Below, one piece after another: positions 63,366 to 64,000 of a stretch of DNA of 64,000 nucleotides. The notes under the pieces are model-generated. The model was not told the origin of the DNA. It searched no databases and saw only the letters and a program-made list of their open reading frames with translations. Made by a program: the position numbers and the translations under genes. Within the stretch, counting starts at the first letter, position 1. Each line of letters begins with the position of its first letter. Origin of the DNA: Dehalococcoidia bacterium (GTDB taxonomy: Bacteria; Chloroflexota; Dehalococcoidia; UBA2979); the NCBI GenBank assembly GCA_964291495.2, contig OZ219867.1, forward strand, positions 32,001-96,000, read 5' to 3'.

Positions 63366-64000
63366 CGGGCGTCTCCGTGGCGGGCTGGAACAGCTCCTCC
63401 AGCGTGCGGCGGCGGCGTTCGAGCCGCACGAGGGGCAGATCGAGCGTCACGACGGCGTCGAGGATCGTTTCGTGCACGCCGTCCGCGCCCCCCGCCGAGG
63501 CGACCTCGACGGTGCGGCCCAGCGCCTGCACGTCGAGGCCGCGCTCCGTGAGGAGCGCGGCGAGGCGGTCGGCGTCCCACTCGACCTCGACGGCGAGCAC
63601 GGCGGTCTCGTCGGTCAACTCGGCGATGCGGCCGGTGCGCATCAGCGCGCCGCTCTCGATTACGATCAGCCCCTCGCAGACGCGCTCGATCTCGCTGAGC
63701 AGGTGGGAAGACATGATGATCGAGATCCCGAACTCGTTGCCCGTGCGCGCGACGAGATCGAGCATCTCGTCGCGGCCCTGCGGATCGAGGCCGTTCGTCG
63801 GCTCGTCCAGGAAGAGCAACTCCGGGTCGTGGACGAGCGCCTGCGCGAGCTTGACGCGCTGCTTCATGCCGGTCGAGTAGCCGCCGATGTGGCGGTAACG
63901 CTCCTCGAACAGCCCGACGTGGCGCAGCACCTCGGCGGCGCGCTCGCGGGCGTGCGAGGGCGGGATGCCACTCATCCGCGCCATGTGGATCACGAAGTTC
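63352..64000 (-). CDS. ABC transporter ATP-binding protein (5' part outside window)
   Basis: YSTGMKQR, FLDEPTNGLDP, SSHLL. Confidence 0.92.
   Translation of the reverse strand, partial: NFVIHMARMSGIPPSHARERAAEVLRHVGLFEERYRHIGGYSTGMKQRVKLAQALVHDPELLFLDEPTNGLDPQGRDEMLDLVARTGNEFGISIIMSSHLLSEIERVCEGLIVIESGALMRTGRIAELTDETAVLAVEVEWDADRLAALLTERGLDVQALGRTVEVASAGGADGVHETILDAVVTLDLPLVRLERRRRTLEELFQPATETPGDDA

Overview
High-GC bacterial chromosome segment. Gene content suggests Chloroflexota (Dehalococcoidia-like), probably a sponge symbiont; this is inferred from the sup-type PKS operon and the many class III CoA-transferases, the LLM oxidoreductase and the acyl-CoA dehydrogenase. The left end holds a supB-supC-supD-supE-supA-like type I PKS operon (PKS runs off the edge) beside tRNA-Ala(CGC). 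The housekeeping backbone comprises ffh-rpsP-khpA-rimM, gap, uvrC-pcm-xerD-eno, acnA, pepN, SURF1/YHS, a yyaL-like gene and an ABC operon. There are four tRNAs (one is the unusual Arg-GCG), three heterodimeric CoA-transferase pairs and a recently duplicated Zn-alcohol dehydrogenase. Small accessory insertions lie between core genes. The best candidate for an undescribed system is a 1.7-kb four-gene cassette between gap and ffh: three tiny HTH/wHTH proteins and an effector with an unknown N-terminal helical domain fused to a TIGR02391/HEPN-like RxxxxH domain, behind divergent promoters. Other notable items are a lipoprotein gene bracketed by a 52-bp duplication of the host gene 3' end, a MITE nested in a BoxC-like palindrome, an Mrr-type protein without its nuclease domain, a two-module Cys-rich lipoprotein next to an MMPL transporter, and several apparently leaderless genes.
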